Assembly (NCBI GenBank): GCA_051294905.1
Contig: CM119372.1
Span: 37,264,001 to 37,328,000 of the forward strand
DNA: 64,000 nt
DNA from: Botryllus schlosseri
Lineage: Eukaryota
Reading direction: 5' to 3'
Shown: positions 13,318-26,074 of the stretch, one piece after another
How the letters are laid out: each line of letters begins with the position of its first letter
Numbering within the stretch: position 1 is the stretch's first letter
Notes under the pieces: generated by a model
What the model was told of the DNA's origin: nothing
The model's input: only the letters and a program-made list of their open reading frames with translations
Databases searched by the model: none
Position numbers and translations under genes: made by a program

Positions 13318-15351
13318 ACTTAAGCAGATCGGATGGCGAGGAGCCTATAGATAAACCTTTCACATCTGTAACCATCTGTTACATTCAGGACCTTAATTGG
13401 GGCACCCCAGCCCCCCAATTGGTACATCGATCTCGACGAGGGGCCAATATTATCACATGAATTAACATAAAATATGGACTATTTGTTCGGAGAACTATTA
13501 AACTTCTTTAAAAAAAATTTCGCGCCGGACGCGATTTGTCATTGTTCGATGTCTTGGTTTTAATAAGGCTACCTCCTCCCTAATAAAATAATACTCATAA
13601 TTTATAGAAATAGGCCTTTCGGTGTCGGCCATTACCGCGCAACGAACGATATACCAAGACATACGAAGTTCGGCCAGAATGCGACTCCGCCAAATGTGCT
13701 GCCAAAGATCGACAGTGAGAAGACCTCTGTAGAAACGGATCAAAATCTTCGATATATATAAATGCCGAATTTCCAATTGACTGTAGGCGCATTAATGGTT
13801 GTCTCCAAATATTGCAGTCGACAAAAATTCAACGCATAGTATATGAAATTGCCAATATCATTGACCGAATACCATCATGAATTTGGGAAAACATTAACGC
13901 TCACTGTAAATGAGATAAAGCGCAATCGCCAAATCTGGCGCTTGTGGCAGCACAATATCGTGCTAAAGCGCCACGACCGGGAGTGACCTTTAGTGCTATT
14001 CTTAAACTTCCTCTTTTTTCGGCCGTTTCTCGCTCTTTTGCGATGTGGTGGGATCGCGATGACAGGGAATCAGCATGCGGGTTTTGAAGCTTTCTTGGCG
14101 AGTAACGGTATTGCATGGCAGGACATCCAGAAATTGGAAGGTAAGTATATAAGTAATATAGCTTCAGCAATGTGCCCTGTTAACTAGCTAATCGAGACAG
14201 CTTGTGCAGTTATATTCAGTACATCTTATGTGGAGTTGGTTGAATGCTGGTGCCAATTGTGATCTATTAGAATGGTTACTATGCAGCTTAGGTTATTATT
14301 AGCGTGTACTTTTGATAAATGTCTAACGGACAGTCTTGTTATTGGTTGTGCCCCTTTGTTGGGAGTTCATATCGGCTTACAAAACATTTGCTGAAACGTC
14401 AAGTCTGATTTGTACATGCAAGCTCTGTCAATTAATGTTATGTTCAAAATTATTTCATATCTCAGAGAATGACGTAGATTCGGATATTTTCACCAAGCTT
14501 CGTGATAAAGACCTTTGGCAAATGACGTACCAAATGACGTACCGTCTGGCGTCTGTTGAGACTGCAAGAAGTACGAGCTAATTAACTATGGAAGCTCCGT
14601 TCATGCAACTGAATCTTGTTGTTACAGTTATGGGAGAAACTAGCAACTAATGGAGGTCCAGACAATACACGCCATGAATCTTTCTCAGTCGCAGACCCAA
14701 ACAATCCGTGCGGTGAATCAGCGTCACTCGCAGAGTCGGACACCACGTTGCCTGTGGATGAGTCGCTCCGTATTGATGTAGAATCACTCGCGCAGTCAGA
14801 TACCACCCTACCCATAGAGCCATCAGTCCAGGAGGATATAGGACCTTCAGCCACGCCAATACCGGTAATCATTATTTTGTAATATTTTGCTATGAATTGA
14901 GCTAAACTGTCTGTGTCTGCTGCTCATATCTCGGGGTGATGCCGGAGCAACCAATGCAGATCTCCATGTGGATGTTATGGTATTTATCTGCATAATTCTA
15001 GTAAGATTCTATCTTATATTTCCATCAATATTGCAGCCGTCGTGCAGTCCCAAAGACCCTGAACTCATTGCTCCGATGCCCTTGCTGGTATTCAGCTTCA
15101 AAGTTCAGCAAGCGCTCGAATCACGTACACTCGTACAGCTTATGTAGACCGCAATTGGCACAAAGGCTTGTCTCTATTCAAGCATCAATACGGACTCCGG
15201 CGTTCTCAGCTAACGAAGAAAGAGATTTCTTGGAACGTTCCCTACCATGGGCGACATCACACTAGTTAGTATGCATGTAATTATGACAACTTCTTATTGC
15301 TTTGTTATAGAGATTATGTGCCAAGGCTGTTTCTTCACTGTATGTGTATGA

Positions 15352-16763
15352 CAGGGTTGTAACCAAGTCACAAGGCTCCGAGTCGTAAGTCAATGTCACT
15401 GTTTTAGTTTTGACTCGAGTCCAGTCGAGTCATTTTCAATTGCCACCACCGAGTCAAAGTCATCAAGCAGAGGTTCGAGTCCGAGTCATGGGAATTATGA
15501 CTCAAGTCCGAGTCTGAGTCATTGTGTTGACTGCTCAGTTTCCAGATAAAGTCTTGTTAAACCCACTGTTATATCTCTGTTTGGTGATATCGAATGGTTC
15601 GCATTTATGATACACTAATTTTCTTCACTTTTAATAGTTAGTATCTTGCAGTGTTGGGATGACTAGAGTCATGACTTGACTCGAGTCACTTCGCTAAAAT
15701 GACTTGACTTGACTCGGCGTATCAGAAATGCGGATTGACTCGTGACTCGTGAGCAAAATTCACTAGCCTATTTCAAGTCATCAAGTAATCGGTGTCGATA
15801 TTTATCACTGTATCTTGCATATGCTCGGATGGTTCGCGAAACGCTGGTGTAACCCAATCATTCAATGGTCGAGCGTGTCACTTAGCCTCGATTGTTCTCT
15901 CACAAATAGATTGACCGCAAACAAAGTGATCGAAGCTTACAGCTACATTGTCGTAAACTCTAGTAGTAAACCAATAAAATAGAAAAATGTCTATTTCTGT
16001 TCTCTGTTCATACCTTTACCAAACCTCTTGTTTTATTGAAATTGAATTTGAACATAGTTTATATTGTCCTCAACCATTAGCGCATGCTCGAATTGTATCA
16101 TATCTATTTGTAAATGGGTAATGTATTGCATCTTATCAATTCGTTTCTCTATTTTTGCTGTTAACTATATAAACTGAGGTTATGCAATTATCTACGTAGT
16201 TCAACAGTTCTACGTTTATGCGAGCGATACAGCGCCTTATTGCGTGCATATTTAACTTAATATTCGTTCATCGGTTCAGAATCAATGACCACTCAATCTG
16301 TATTTCAGACAGCTAGCAAAATGCAATGATGTAATCGTGCCTCATACTTCGAAAAAGCGACTTGACTTGAAATGTGACTTGAGTCGAGGCACCGCCAAAA
16401 ATCGAGTCACCTTTGAAAATCGATTGACTTGACTTGACTCGAGTCAAAATCTGCAATGACTCGTGACTCGAAGGTAGTGACTTGATCCCAACACTGGTAT
16501 CTATCTGGTTACATTTTCAAGTACCAGTAACAATAGATGAACTCTCAATTGGGTGGTTATACTTTACTACTCTCGAGATTATATGGAAACGTCGCTCTTG
16601 GCCGTCGGAGTCTCTAGTCATATGACTTGGTTCGAGTCATGCGTAATGACTCGAGTCCAAGTCAAGTCGATACACATATTGACTCGAGTCAAGTCGAGTC
16701 ATCAGAAAATCGTGACTCGAGTCCGACTCGAATCGAGTCATGACTCGAGTCATTACAACCCCG
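15352..16763. mobile_element. hAT MITE family B, host of a nested family A copy
   Basis: TIR CAGGGTTGTAA; TSD GTGTATGA/TTGTATGA; colinear with 4431-4917 once the insert is removed. Confidence 0.88.
15649..16496. mobile_element. hAT MITE family A (nested)
   Basis: Perfect 12-bp TIR CAGTGTTGGGAT; TSD GTATCTTG/GTATCTAT; inverted homolog of 33637-34595. Confidence 0.9.
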
Positions 16764-17499
16764 TTGTATGAATATATTCATAGATCTGATCATATTCTAA
16801 TCATTCTTTTAGACACATACATTCTCTTACAGGTAAGGGAAGATAATTGGAATTTGATCGCACCAACCGCAGTTGAAGAGATCAGAACATACTACGAAAG
16901 AATGATGCTCATATTGGATAAGATATTTGAGGTAAATGCGGACTCGCAATTCCATTCTGAATTAAATTTGATTGATAATAACCCCTCAATTATTTAATAT
17001 TTTCAGTCCAATACTAATGAAGTGAAGCTGCAACAATTACAATCACAAGTTACCGATCTGAGAATAAACTCGAAAAAGAAGACCCCAATATCTGCTTTAT
17101 CAGTACAACAGGTACTTGTTTATAAGATTAATATAACTGTCAGTTTATAACGAATGTATGATTTGAAAATCAAGCAATAGCTTGATAACTATGATGACCT
17201 TAAGAAGGTTTTTATTGTGAGCATTATTGTTGTAATGTCAATGAGTTTCGTAGCACCTTCTGTTAACACAGATGATTGTGCAGACCAGGGACGGTAAACC
17301 CGTGGCCCTCGAAATGGTTTGGAGTCGTTACGATAACAAATTTGCCTACATTTCAGGCCCATGACATTCACATCAACAGCAAAACGTCCGAAGCTCCACA
17401 TTTGGTGGTTTCAAAGCATGGAAATGGAAAGATACCGGGATGGATTCTGGCTGATGGCCAAACGAGCAAAGGCCTGGGGCGCAACAAGACGGCTACATT

Positions 17500-17930
17500 G
17501 CCTCTTCCACTCAAGTACCTCAGCTCAAGACCCGCATTTTCCGTGCCACTGTCGAGCAGGCTCTTCTCTACGGAATAGAAGCACTCACGCTGACAGAAAA
17601 GCTGGCTAAGACGCTCAACGCCAACTACGATGTACTCCTCCGCTACGCACTCGGCATCCACCACCCGGAGCACATATCCACCAATGCACGGCGCAAACTC
17701 ACAAAAACGGTCCCATGCCGTTTGCTGGCTGCTGAACGACGCTTCCGCCTAATCGGCCCTCTAGTGCGGCATCAATACGATCAACAAGTTGCCGCCATCA
17801 TCAACCACATTCCGACGGAGCCATGGCGCAGAGGTGGCTGGAATAGAACCACATGGCGCTCGACAATAGAGAACGAGCTAGCGCAACGCGGGCTATCGCC
17901 CGAAGACGCCCACGATCGTCCAAACTGATT
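17500..17930 (+). mobile_element. RTE-clade LINE 3' fragment
   Basis: LKTRIFRATVEQALLYGIEALTLT..LLRYALGIHHPEHIS..RRFRLIG..RRGG..TTWRSTIENELAQRGLSPEDAHDR, typical of the RTE C-terminus; locally GC-richer. Confidence 0.8.
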
Positions 17931-19382
17931 ATCTTTACGTTCTTTTGCCCTTTTATTTAATGGAAAGTCGATATATCTATATTGGGACCTGTCTTAGCCC
18001 AAAGAATTCCAGCTCCTGGAGTTCGTGCAGTATGTCGTTGTCGGTGACAAGAATAATCAATATGTATCCACCAAACTATCTGATTTTTTTCATAATTTCG
18101 AACAGTCTGCTGCAGCAGAAGACCTTTGTTAGCATTCCATTAGGTTTTACAATCGTTCGTTCGTCCATTCGCATTTGAAGTTGGCAAATCTACTCATGTC
18201 TTGTCATATAATGTTCAAGTAATATGACATTGCAAATATTCCAGCAGTGTCGCTTATCTTTTCGTTATGCTAGATTGCTAGTTCCTACTTTTAGCTTGGC
18301 AGTCAATACTTTTGAATTTGCACCATCTCGTACTTATTGAAGTTCTAGTGCTGGCTTGTACAAGCAATATAGTATGGAAAGTATCCCAGGAACTTGATGG
18401 TTCGGTGTCCCTTATCTTTTGTCTATACTTGTTCCCACTTTGGCCATGACATCTAGATATCAGTAAGTAGTAAGTACTATAACTTATTTGCACCTCGGAA
18501 GTTCTACGTCTGGCATGACTTGACATGACATAATGGAAGTATTGTCAAATAGTTCAGTGCTGCTTAGCCCGTTAATTTACAAGTTTGTTCTTCAATCTTG
18601 GCCTCTATGCTATACATTCAGGTATATGTGCAAGATTTGTAAATTTCGTTTAATGTCTACAAGTGCATTTTTTTTGATAACATGTTTTCTTGAAAGCATG
18701 CACATCACTTGTTTCGTTTATAGTAAAATGTTCATATATTGCTGGTTTCGAACAGGATAAGTCGTCGAGTACGCCAGATTATTTAGTAATCCATATCAAG
18801 CCGTAGCACAGCTCAGATAGCGCTTGAATCATGAAGCACTATATATATAGCACATAAATCTTAAATCACAATATACACAGCATCAAGCACATTTTATTGT
18901 GATATCTTTTTGAACATGAAACGTGATATCTTTTATGCTTTTAAAGACACTAAAATATTTACAGTGATAGGCGCGACCAGATAACTAGCAGTGGTTCAAC
19001 TTCAAACGTTAATAGCGAATGGGTGTCTGGTGGGTCGCGCAATGAAATGTGGATGAAAAGTGGATCGCGAACTGAAAAAGGTTGAGAAGCACTGCTCTAG
19101 TGTGGTGAGTTGGTTCAATACAGCGGTTTAATAAAGCATTTTTGGAGTGACCCGAAAACTCGAATAGTGATTAAAAAATATTAATGAATCAAATTCGAAG
19201 ATTAGGAGTTTGCTTTCAAATTTATTATATACAAGGCATGCGCAGGTCTAACGCCAGATCGGACCAAATCGTGGGTATGAAACATTTGTCTGACGCCGGC
19301 CAGATTAAAATAAAGTAGCCTGATTCTGTCGAAAACTTCGAGAAAACCTGCTCCGAACATGGGGAGAGGTGTGAATAGAGTT

Positions 19383-20357
19383 TTATGCCGGTGGTGGTGG
19401 AGCGACATCAACGTGTGACTTGAAACTCTTTCTGGTGTCCTGACGTTGCCAATGGACAATTCCGCATGTACTGTGTACGGCCTTTCTCATTTCCTTTGAA
19501 CCAAAGTAGTACACGAACGGATTCATGCATTCCGTGATTCGGAGAACGCCATGAGCGATCAACAACAACAGCACCGAAGTACGATACGGCAGATCATCAC
19601 GCATGACGCCGATGTATATTTTAGTAACGGTCTCCCATGTATATCCAACGAGACAGCTGGTGGCTATAGACAGCAGCTGTTTAACGGCTTTTTTGTCCTT
19701 TGACTTCGTAACTGCGTTCGACGAACTTGCTGGTAACTTGCGTTGCTTCAAGAACACACAAATGCCGAAGCATAATCCAGTTACCAGTAGCATCGGGATA
19801 AAAACCCCGATGAGCACCGTAAGATAGAACATGAGCCGCACAGTTTGATTCGCGCGTTCGCCCAAGCCGCACCTGAATCCAACATCTGCTTTTGTAACAT
19901 CAAATAGTAAAAACAAGGGTGATGATAACAGAATGGCATAGCACCAGCAGAAACAAACCAAGCGAATGTATTTCCGTATATCTAGCACGTTCCTATTGGA
20001 GAGGGCATAGACGATTCCACGCAATCTAACGACGCTCAGCAACAAAACATGATGGACGGTTGCAATCGAAGTGACCATGTCCAGGGGCGTTGCAATAATG
20101 CAGAAAAATCTGCGAAGCGTGAAGTTTCGTGATGTAAGCACAACGAGTACGTGTGCTGGACTGTTGCAAGCTGAAATCATGTCGGAGATGCAGAGTCCAA
20201 TGATGATGACGTTGAAAACAGTCCGTTTCGTCCGAAGCAGAGCTGTGGTCATAACAGCGTTCGTCACGAAGCATATCGCGGATAAAATTGAAAAAGTAAA
20301 CATCGCAAAGGTATACAACGCACCGGTTGGTGCGTAGAGTTGTGTATCATTCGAAAT
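19383..20357 (-). CDS. Intronless rhodopsin-class (class A-like) orphan GPCR, subtype A; start codon uncertain
   Basis: Seven hydrophobic segments, LCISD (TM2), C3.25 plus ECL2 Cys, SVVRLR in place of DRY, FIPML (TM5), NPFVYY (TM7). The position homologous to the paralog's ATG is ATT (20355-20357); first in-frame ATG is at 20303. AATAAA at 19221-19226 (-). Confidence 0.85.
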   Translation of the reverse strand: MSNDTQLYAPTGALYTFAMFTFSILSAICFVTNAVMTTALLRTKRTVFNVIIIGLCISDMISACNSPAHVLVVLTSRNFTLRRFFCIIATPLDMVTSIATVHHVLLLSVVRLRGIVYALSNRNVLDIRKYIRLVCFCWCYAILLSSPLFLLFDVTKADVGFRCGLGERANQTVRLMFYLTVLIGVFIPMLLVTGLCFGICVFLKQRKLPASSSNAVTKSKDKKAVKQLLSIATSCLVGYTWETVTKIYIGVMRDDLPYRTSVLLLLIAHGVLRITECMNPFVYYFGSKEMRKAVHSTCGIVHWQRQDTRKSFKSHVDVAPPPPA

Positions 20358-20561
20358 TGATAATTTTTATTTACAGTCGAACACAAAAGCTGCTTTCCAA
20401 AATATAAAGAAATAATCTCGATAGATTCACGTACAGCATGTAATAATAAAGGTATGGGTTTTCAAATTCCTGACTGCAAAATTCATTCGGAAATCTCACA
20501 ACCAAACATTCAGCACGAAGAAAACGAAGTAGCTGTTATTTTATAGGCCAATGTTCTATAG

Positions 20562-21754
20562 CAGTGTTTCTCAACCGGGGGTCCCCGAAGCCTCAAAATG
20601 TAGTAGATAACTAATTAGTATTTTTTTTAATTCGAAAAATCACGAGGCAGTTTCTCTTCATTACTAGTAGAACTCCAGAGCTCGGATTAACAGAATGGCC
20701 GTCTGAGATGAAATATCTTACTCTGCAGACTCATTTTACCTGCTAAATTGCCAATAGCCTACTGATACAAACATTTTGCTGTTTAGAGATGTTTTGATGA
20801 GGATTGTGGGAAAAAGTTGGATCAGTAAGGTCAATCACGGTGACTTCGAAATGTTTACAAAATCCATTGTCTCCTCTGATGTACGCAATCATTATTACCA
20901 TAATAACCTCAAGATAAGCTGCTCGATAGAAATGACCAGTTTTGACGTTCAATCAATCAATCGACTGATTATATTTTAATCTGCTCAAGACATAATGTAC
21001 AATGTATAATGCGATGTAGTGAACAGATAGGGGGATGCCGAACGACCGACCCAGTTGGGGTCTCTTGAACTGGCATCCACCTCGATCTATAGTGCCCGAT
21101 GTCACAGTCTCCTTCGATGTTATTTTTTCTTCGCCGTACCTTTTTAGAAGCTGTTGCCTGCTCTTTTTTTTTCTTTATCGGGACTTTTTCTGGGATTTCT
21201 TTGTCACCGTAAGCACTACGGCACGGAAGACAAGGAGCCCAGAATAACCTGGAACTTGAGCCGCCTGCTTGGATGGTGTCGACGCTCACCACTACGCTAT
21301 CTCCCCCGAATGGTATATGTTCATTAAAAAATTGTTGGTCAATTTTTGTGCCCTATTTGTTGCGATCATACCCAAATGTGTCGTTGGAAGCGTTACGCGT
21401 TAATATTACATTCGCCACCACCTATGTTTGAAGAAATGGATTTTCGGCACTCGTTCATATCAAATCGAAGGCGCAGATTTTCAAGACACGACCACGTATT
21501 TCAAGAAATGCAATTGCAGAATTCGCTTTGAAATAATAGAAGTCAACTTCATTTCTACACGAATTGTATATTCTTATTTTCAAGAAAGAGCGTTTTGTTG
21601 CTGTTCATCACTGAGCCTACAGTTATCATTTGCACAAGATAGACGACGACTGCACGATAATTGAGCTAGAGTTCAACTAAAACTTCGTGGGGTCCGCGGA
21701 AGTCCGTTACGGGCTGAGAGGGGCCCACGGAGACAAAAAGGTTGAGAACCACTG
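20562..21754. mobile_element. Buster-type hAT MITE about 200 bp upstream of the GPCR
   Basis: TIRs CAGTGTTTCTCAACC / GGTTGAGAACCACTG; perfect TSD TTCTATAG. Confidence 0.9.
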
Positions 21755-21976
21755 TTCTATAGGGTTACCATACGTCCTGCATTAGAGGGATTTGTCCTCG
21801 TTTTCAAAAAATCGACAATGTCCTCCGAGGACGCTGAAATGTCCTACTATTTGGCAATTCGTCCTCGTTTATAGCTTTGAGAGCCAAGCGGTAATAATAG
21901 GGACTGGGGTTGCATTCAAAACAAACGGTGTTTTAAAACAGTTTGTTTAAATCACGTTTTAAACAATGTTCTAAAC

Positions 21977-22366
21977 CAGCGGATCCCAACGTGGGCGATA
22001 TTGCCCCCCAGGGGGCGATTTCTCGGTCTAGGGGGACGAAAATGACGAAGGGGGCGATAGGGGGGCGAAAATGGACAAATGGGGAGACAGGGGGCGAAAA
22101 TAGCGAAGGGGGCGATGACGCGTTAAAACGGCTATATTGGAGTCAATTCGGAGAAATGACCTCTTTTTTTTTAGTCAACCAACGAAAAACTGGTTGCAAA
22201 AGTGTAAAATTCGACATCGAGCCGAAAAGTTGGCCTTTTTTTTTAGTCAACCCGCCGGTGATTACAGTTTGTATGCCCATTTTTCGGTTCACAAAATTTT
22301 AGGGGGCCATGATCGGTGTTGAACTTGAAAAGGGGGCGATGGGTCGAAAAAGGTTGGGAACCACTG
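21977..22366. mobile_element. Buster-type hAT MITE (GGGGCGA motifs)
   Basis: TIRs CAGCGGATCCCAAC / GTTGGGAACCACTG; perfect TSD TTCTAAAC; inverted relative at about 42772-43206. Confidence 0.88.
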
Positions 22367-22498
22367 TTCTAAACAAATCCCTTAAAAACACATATTTGTT
22401 TTTTAAACGTGTAATTATAGCATAATTGTGTAATTACATTCGAAAAACATGTAGGTAGTATGAGCCTACATGGACGACTTGCACTCAATAATCTAGTC

Positions 22499-24435
22499 CA
22501 GTGCTTTTCAACCTGTGTGACGGTTCGCACTTGTGCGAATGAAAAAAAAATTCAGTGCGAATGACCAGCGTGGTGCGAATGGGGCGAATGAAAAACCCGG
22601 ATGAGTGCGAATGAAAATTGTCCATGCTTCTCAATTTTTTGACGTGGAATAATTCAAATAAACTTAATACGATACTATAAAGCACAGTGAGACCCTAAAT
22701 TTTGCCGTTTGGAAGCAATTTTAAAAACTTGTAAATAGCGGGGCTTTTCTAGTTCACAAGTGAGGAACGCTCCCGATGCGTGTACTGTATAATTGTATAT
22801 TGCGAAGTTTGAGAGAATATTTCCGCGCGAGAGGGTTACGTCACTGCCTGGAAAAAGATTTACTGGAATCAGTATCAGTTGCTCGGACTCGGAAACATCG
22901 TCCGTGTACGGACCTTGTAGGAATGTTAGTAATAGTAGCCGATGCCAGTGTCGACATTTGGCATATTTGAATGCAAAATATTGTAATTTCGGCACATATT
23001 CCTGTTTTTAAACAGAAGAATTTTGCGTTTCTTCAACTATAACAACTAACGCATTAGATCTGTAACAAGTGTTGTTTACTCGTGTACCTAACCAAGTATT
23101 AGAGCAGAGGTCTCAAACACGCGACCCGCCAGAGCATTTTGTGCGGCCCATAAGTGTCTTTATATTGCATTGCATCGAACTATATCAAGTCACTGGTCAG
23201 TGGACAGTTTATCTACTGACCATTGCAATGCCTGTGTGGAATTTTAACTACACCATTTAGGCTTTGACAAGCTTTCCTGTTCTTGGACTGATAATCTCAG
23301 GTCGAGTCTAGATCATTAAGTAAGGCATAGGCCTATTACATATAATTAATTGGTGATATCGCTAAGTTTGCTGATCCATAGGAAAAGTTTGCCTAGTGTG
23401 TATTCGTACCATCTTTGTACTACAAACTTTGTTATATTCCGAATTCAACCGATTTAGCTCGAGCGGGAGCACCCTCTGCAGCGCAAAATCAAATCCACCA
23501 AGACGTATGTCTTACGATATTCCTTCTGCAGCCTAATTGAAGCTTAATTAGACTGTTGAAACTTATTACTCTTTATGTATAAGGATATTTGGGATAGTAA
23601 AGATAATTTGGCATTACTTCAGTCAGTTTGCCATTGTTGAACGCTTGCCCTAATAAGAGCTTACCGCAGTTGGCAACCCTGGCCGATATAACTGTGCGTT
23701 AATCATCAATCTTATGTGACTTATAATTATTCAAGAAGTGTCGGCTTTGACAACACAAGGATACCGCAAGTTATTCTTGAAATATATGTTGATCTGTGTA
23801 CTCCATAGATAAGAAGGGAATGAAGTCTAAGGCTATCCATAAATAACTGTCATCAATCACTCAGATTGTGGGGGTTTGTATAGCAATGCTTTCCTGATTT
23901 TAACGCCCACCGTACCCTCCAATCGGCTAACATACATTAGTACGGTGAAGCATATTTTCGAATGTTGTCAGAAAATGAACGAAAGGTGCTACTCGCAACA
24001 TTGGTGCTACGATTCAATTGCAGTTTCACTATTTTGTGCGTTTTAAATGCGAACACATTCACATCGCGATGACGTAACATGTCGACTTAGTGGAAAAGTG
24101 ATATTGTTGCGAGTGCATGTTGTTCTTGGGTTAGCCTTCCAAGCTCCGAAGGAAATCATTGCACGATGCACCCGGAAACAACGAACACCTTGAGAACAGC
24201 GGGAGTGCTATATCTGTGATTTTTCGACAGCCATGATTTTAGTACTTGATTAATCAATAATACGATACGCTGAATGGAAAATATTGAAGCTCTGTACCTC
24301 CAAGAAGCTCTTCCAATACAAAAGTGACAAGTTTCTTCATTTCATTTTGTGTAATGAATTCCGATTGGCTGGTGCGAATGAAATTTTGTTTGAAAAAAAA
24401 GTGCGAACGGAGCTCAAAAAGGTTGAAAAGCACTG
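22499..24435. mobile_element. Buster-type hAT non-autonomous element with internal Penelope-like relic
   Basis: Perfect 16-bp TIR CAGTGCTTTTCAACCT; perfect TSD ATCTAGTC; TGCGAA motifs; 24281-24310 matches the Penelope pLTR tail. Confidence 0.9.
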
Positions 24436-26074
24436 ATCTAGTCGATGTACACGATATGTAGGGGCTGGAACGTTCGGCTCGGCAGTTTTAGCAAGTAGAT
24501 AAAAAACATTGTTACGGAATGGGTGTTATGATGATGATGACTACCGACCGTCAAAATGCTGCATAACAATGTAGTCCTGTTCAAAGATATTTTTGGTCTG
24601 TTTATGACAATGGTCGGATGCCCTTTTCGTCGAAGGATTCATATTGACCACATATTTTCAATTGTCAATGTCAATCCACTGTGACATCACAATTGAAGAT
24701 TCGTGACGTCATGACTTGAAAATGATGATACCATGTTTTAAACAAGAGTCATGTTTAAACATGTTTGTTTTCAATGGATTGTTTTTAATGCAGCCCTATA
24801 GGGACAACTGTAAAATGCCATAAATCGCTCGAAATCTTGATCACAGCGGTATTGGCGGCAAGGTTTGCTAAGAACGGAAAACATGGCGTGAAACGTTTTT
24901 TTTTCGCAGTCGAGTAGAAGACATGATTTTTTTTAGTCGACCAAATAATATTTACCGTAAAAATTCCCAAATTACTCGTTTTTTTCTCGTTACTATTATA
25001 CCTTTTGCAGCTTGTAAAAATTGAAATAGTGTCATTTTATTCGGATCTCAAAATTGGGAAACCCTGATGTTGTGTCTACATCAGTGGTTCTCAACCGCCG
25101 GTCCGCGACGACTTTCCTGCCGGTCCGCCAAGTATTTTAAAATTTTATACCTCATTTCAAGATGCAAAATGTTGAAGGCTTGTCAGTCGATGAAATAAAT
25201 AAAACATCAACATCAAAATATTTAGAACTTCGTGAGGTAACATTACGCTAGGAAACATGTTCGATTTAACTTGAAGTTCAAACCGTCTCCTTTGACGACA
25301 TGCGAGCGACAAGTACGAGCTGACGCGCTAAACCGCGCAGTTTTCACGATCATTCGTTTTCGAATCATTTATTTTGTGGAAAAACCCGTATCGCTGTGGC
25401 CAGGTACTCTCGTGCGGCGTTTTGCGTTCATAGTACGTCTGGTGGTAGTGGGAAATAAGCAAGATAGCACGACAAAGTGCTTGGTCCAGTGTTGGGATCA
25501 AGTCACTATCTTCGAGTCACAAGTCCATTCGACTCATTGCGCATTCTAACTCGAGTCAAGTCAGGTCGTGACGAGTCAAGTCACAATGTCGAATTTTTGA
25601 AGTTCGAGGCATGATTCAAGCCATTGCATTTTGAAAGATAATTGAAGTATGGATTGATTTACTATGAATTATGAATCCAGTAACGAATATCGATGTAATT
25701 ATTCATTCAACGGGGTATTGTATGACTCACACATACGTAGAACTACTAAGCCATACATTGGTAACTGTCCGCTAAATAAATGACAGAATATGAAATCTCA
25801 GATATTGAAACAAATTGATATGATCCGATACACAATCCACCTATCTACCCATACGATACTATTGAAGCCTGTTGACGTTTTTACGGTTGCTCTTTCGCGG
25901 TACTTTCGCTTTGTCACCTGATGAGCGAGCAGAGCTCCGAAAACTCGTGTAATTAATAAAGATATATTCATACAAGCGGACGTTAAATAGGGTGTAGAAT
26001 CTATCAAGGTCTTATGTTTTTACACATCGTCTGCTATCGGCGCAACAAAGTATTCAATTGTTGACGAGTAATAT

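Larger units (their letters stand above)
14059..17111 (+). pseudogene. Multi-exon gene relic with N-terminal SAM-like domain
   Basis: Exon 14059-14140 (GTAAGT donor) splices in phase to 14466 giving EAFLASNGIAWQDIQKLEENDVDSDIFTKLRDKDLWQM; further open phase-0 exons with AG/GT borders at 14628-14864, 16833-16931 and 17007-17111; lesions in exon 2 and in the exon near 15038-15263. Confidence 0.65.

Noticed and set aside
17935..18780. Coding-like sequence on the - strand downstream of the first GPCR
   Set aside because: Many stops in all frames and no motif I can assign with confidence.
19603..20337. Antisense and alternate-frame ORFs over the GPCRs (also 46439-46982, 56192-56422)
   Set aside because: Shadows of the coding strand with no recognisable protein features.
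25066..25081. Family E copies at 25082 and 38206 derived from one insertion (both follow GTCTACAT)
   Set aside because: Right flanks do not align, and the 8-mer fits the Buster nnnTAnnn target preference, so independent insertion is sufficient.
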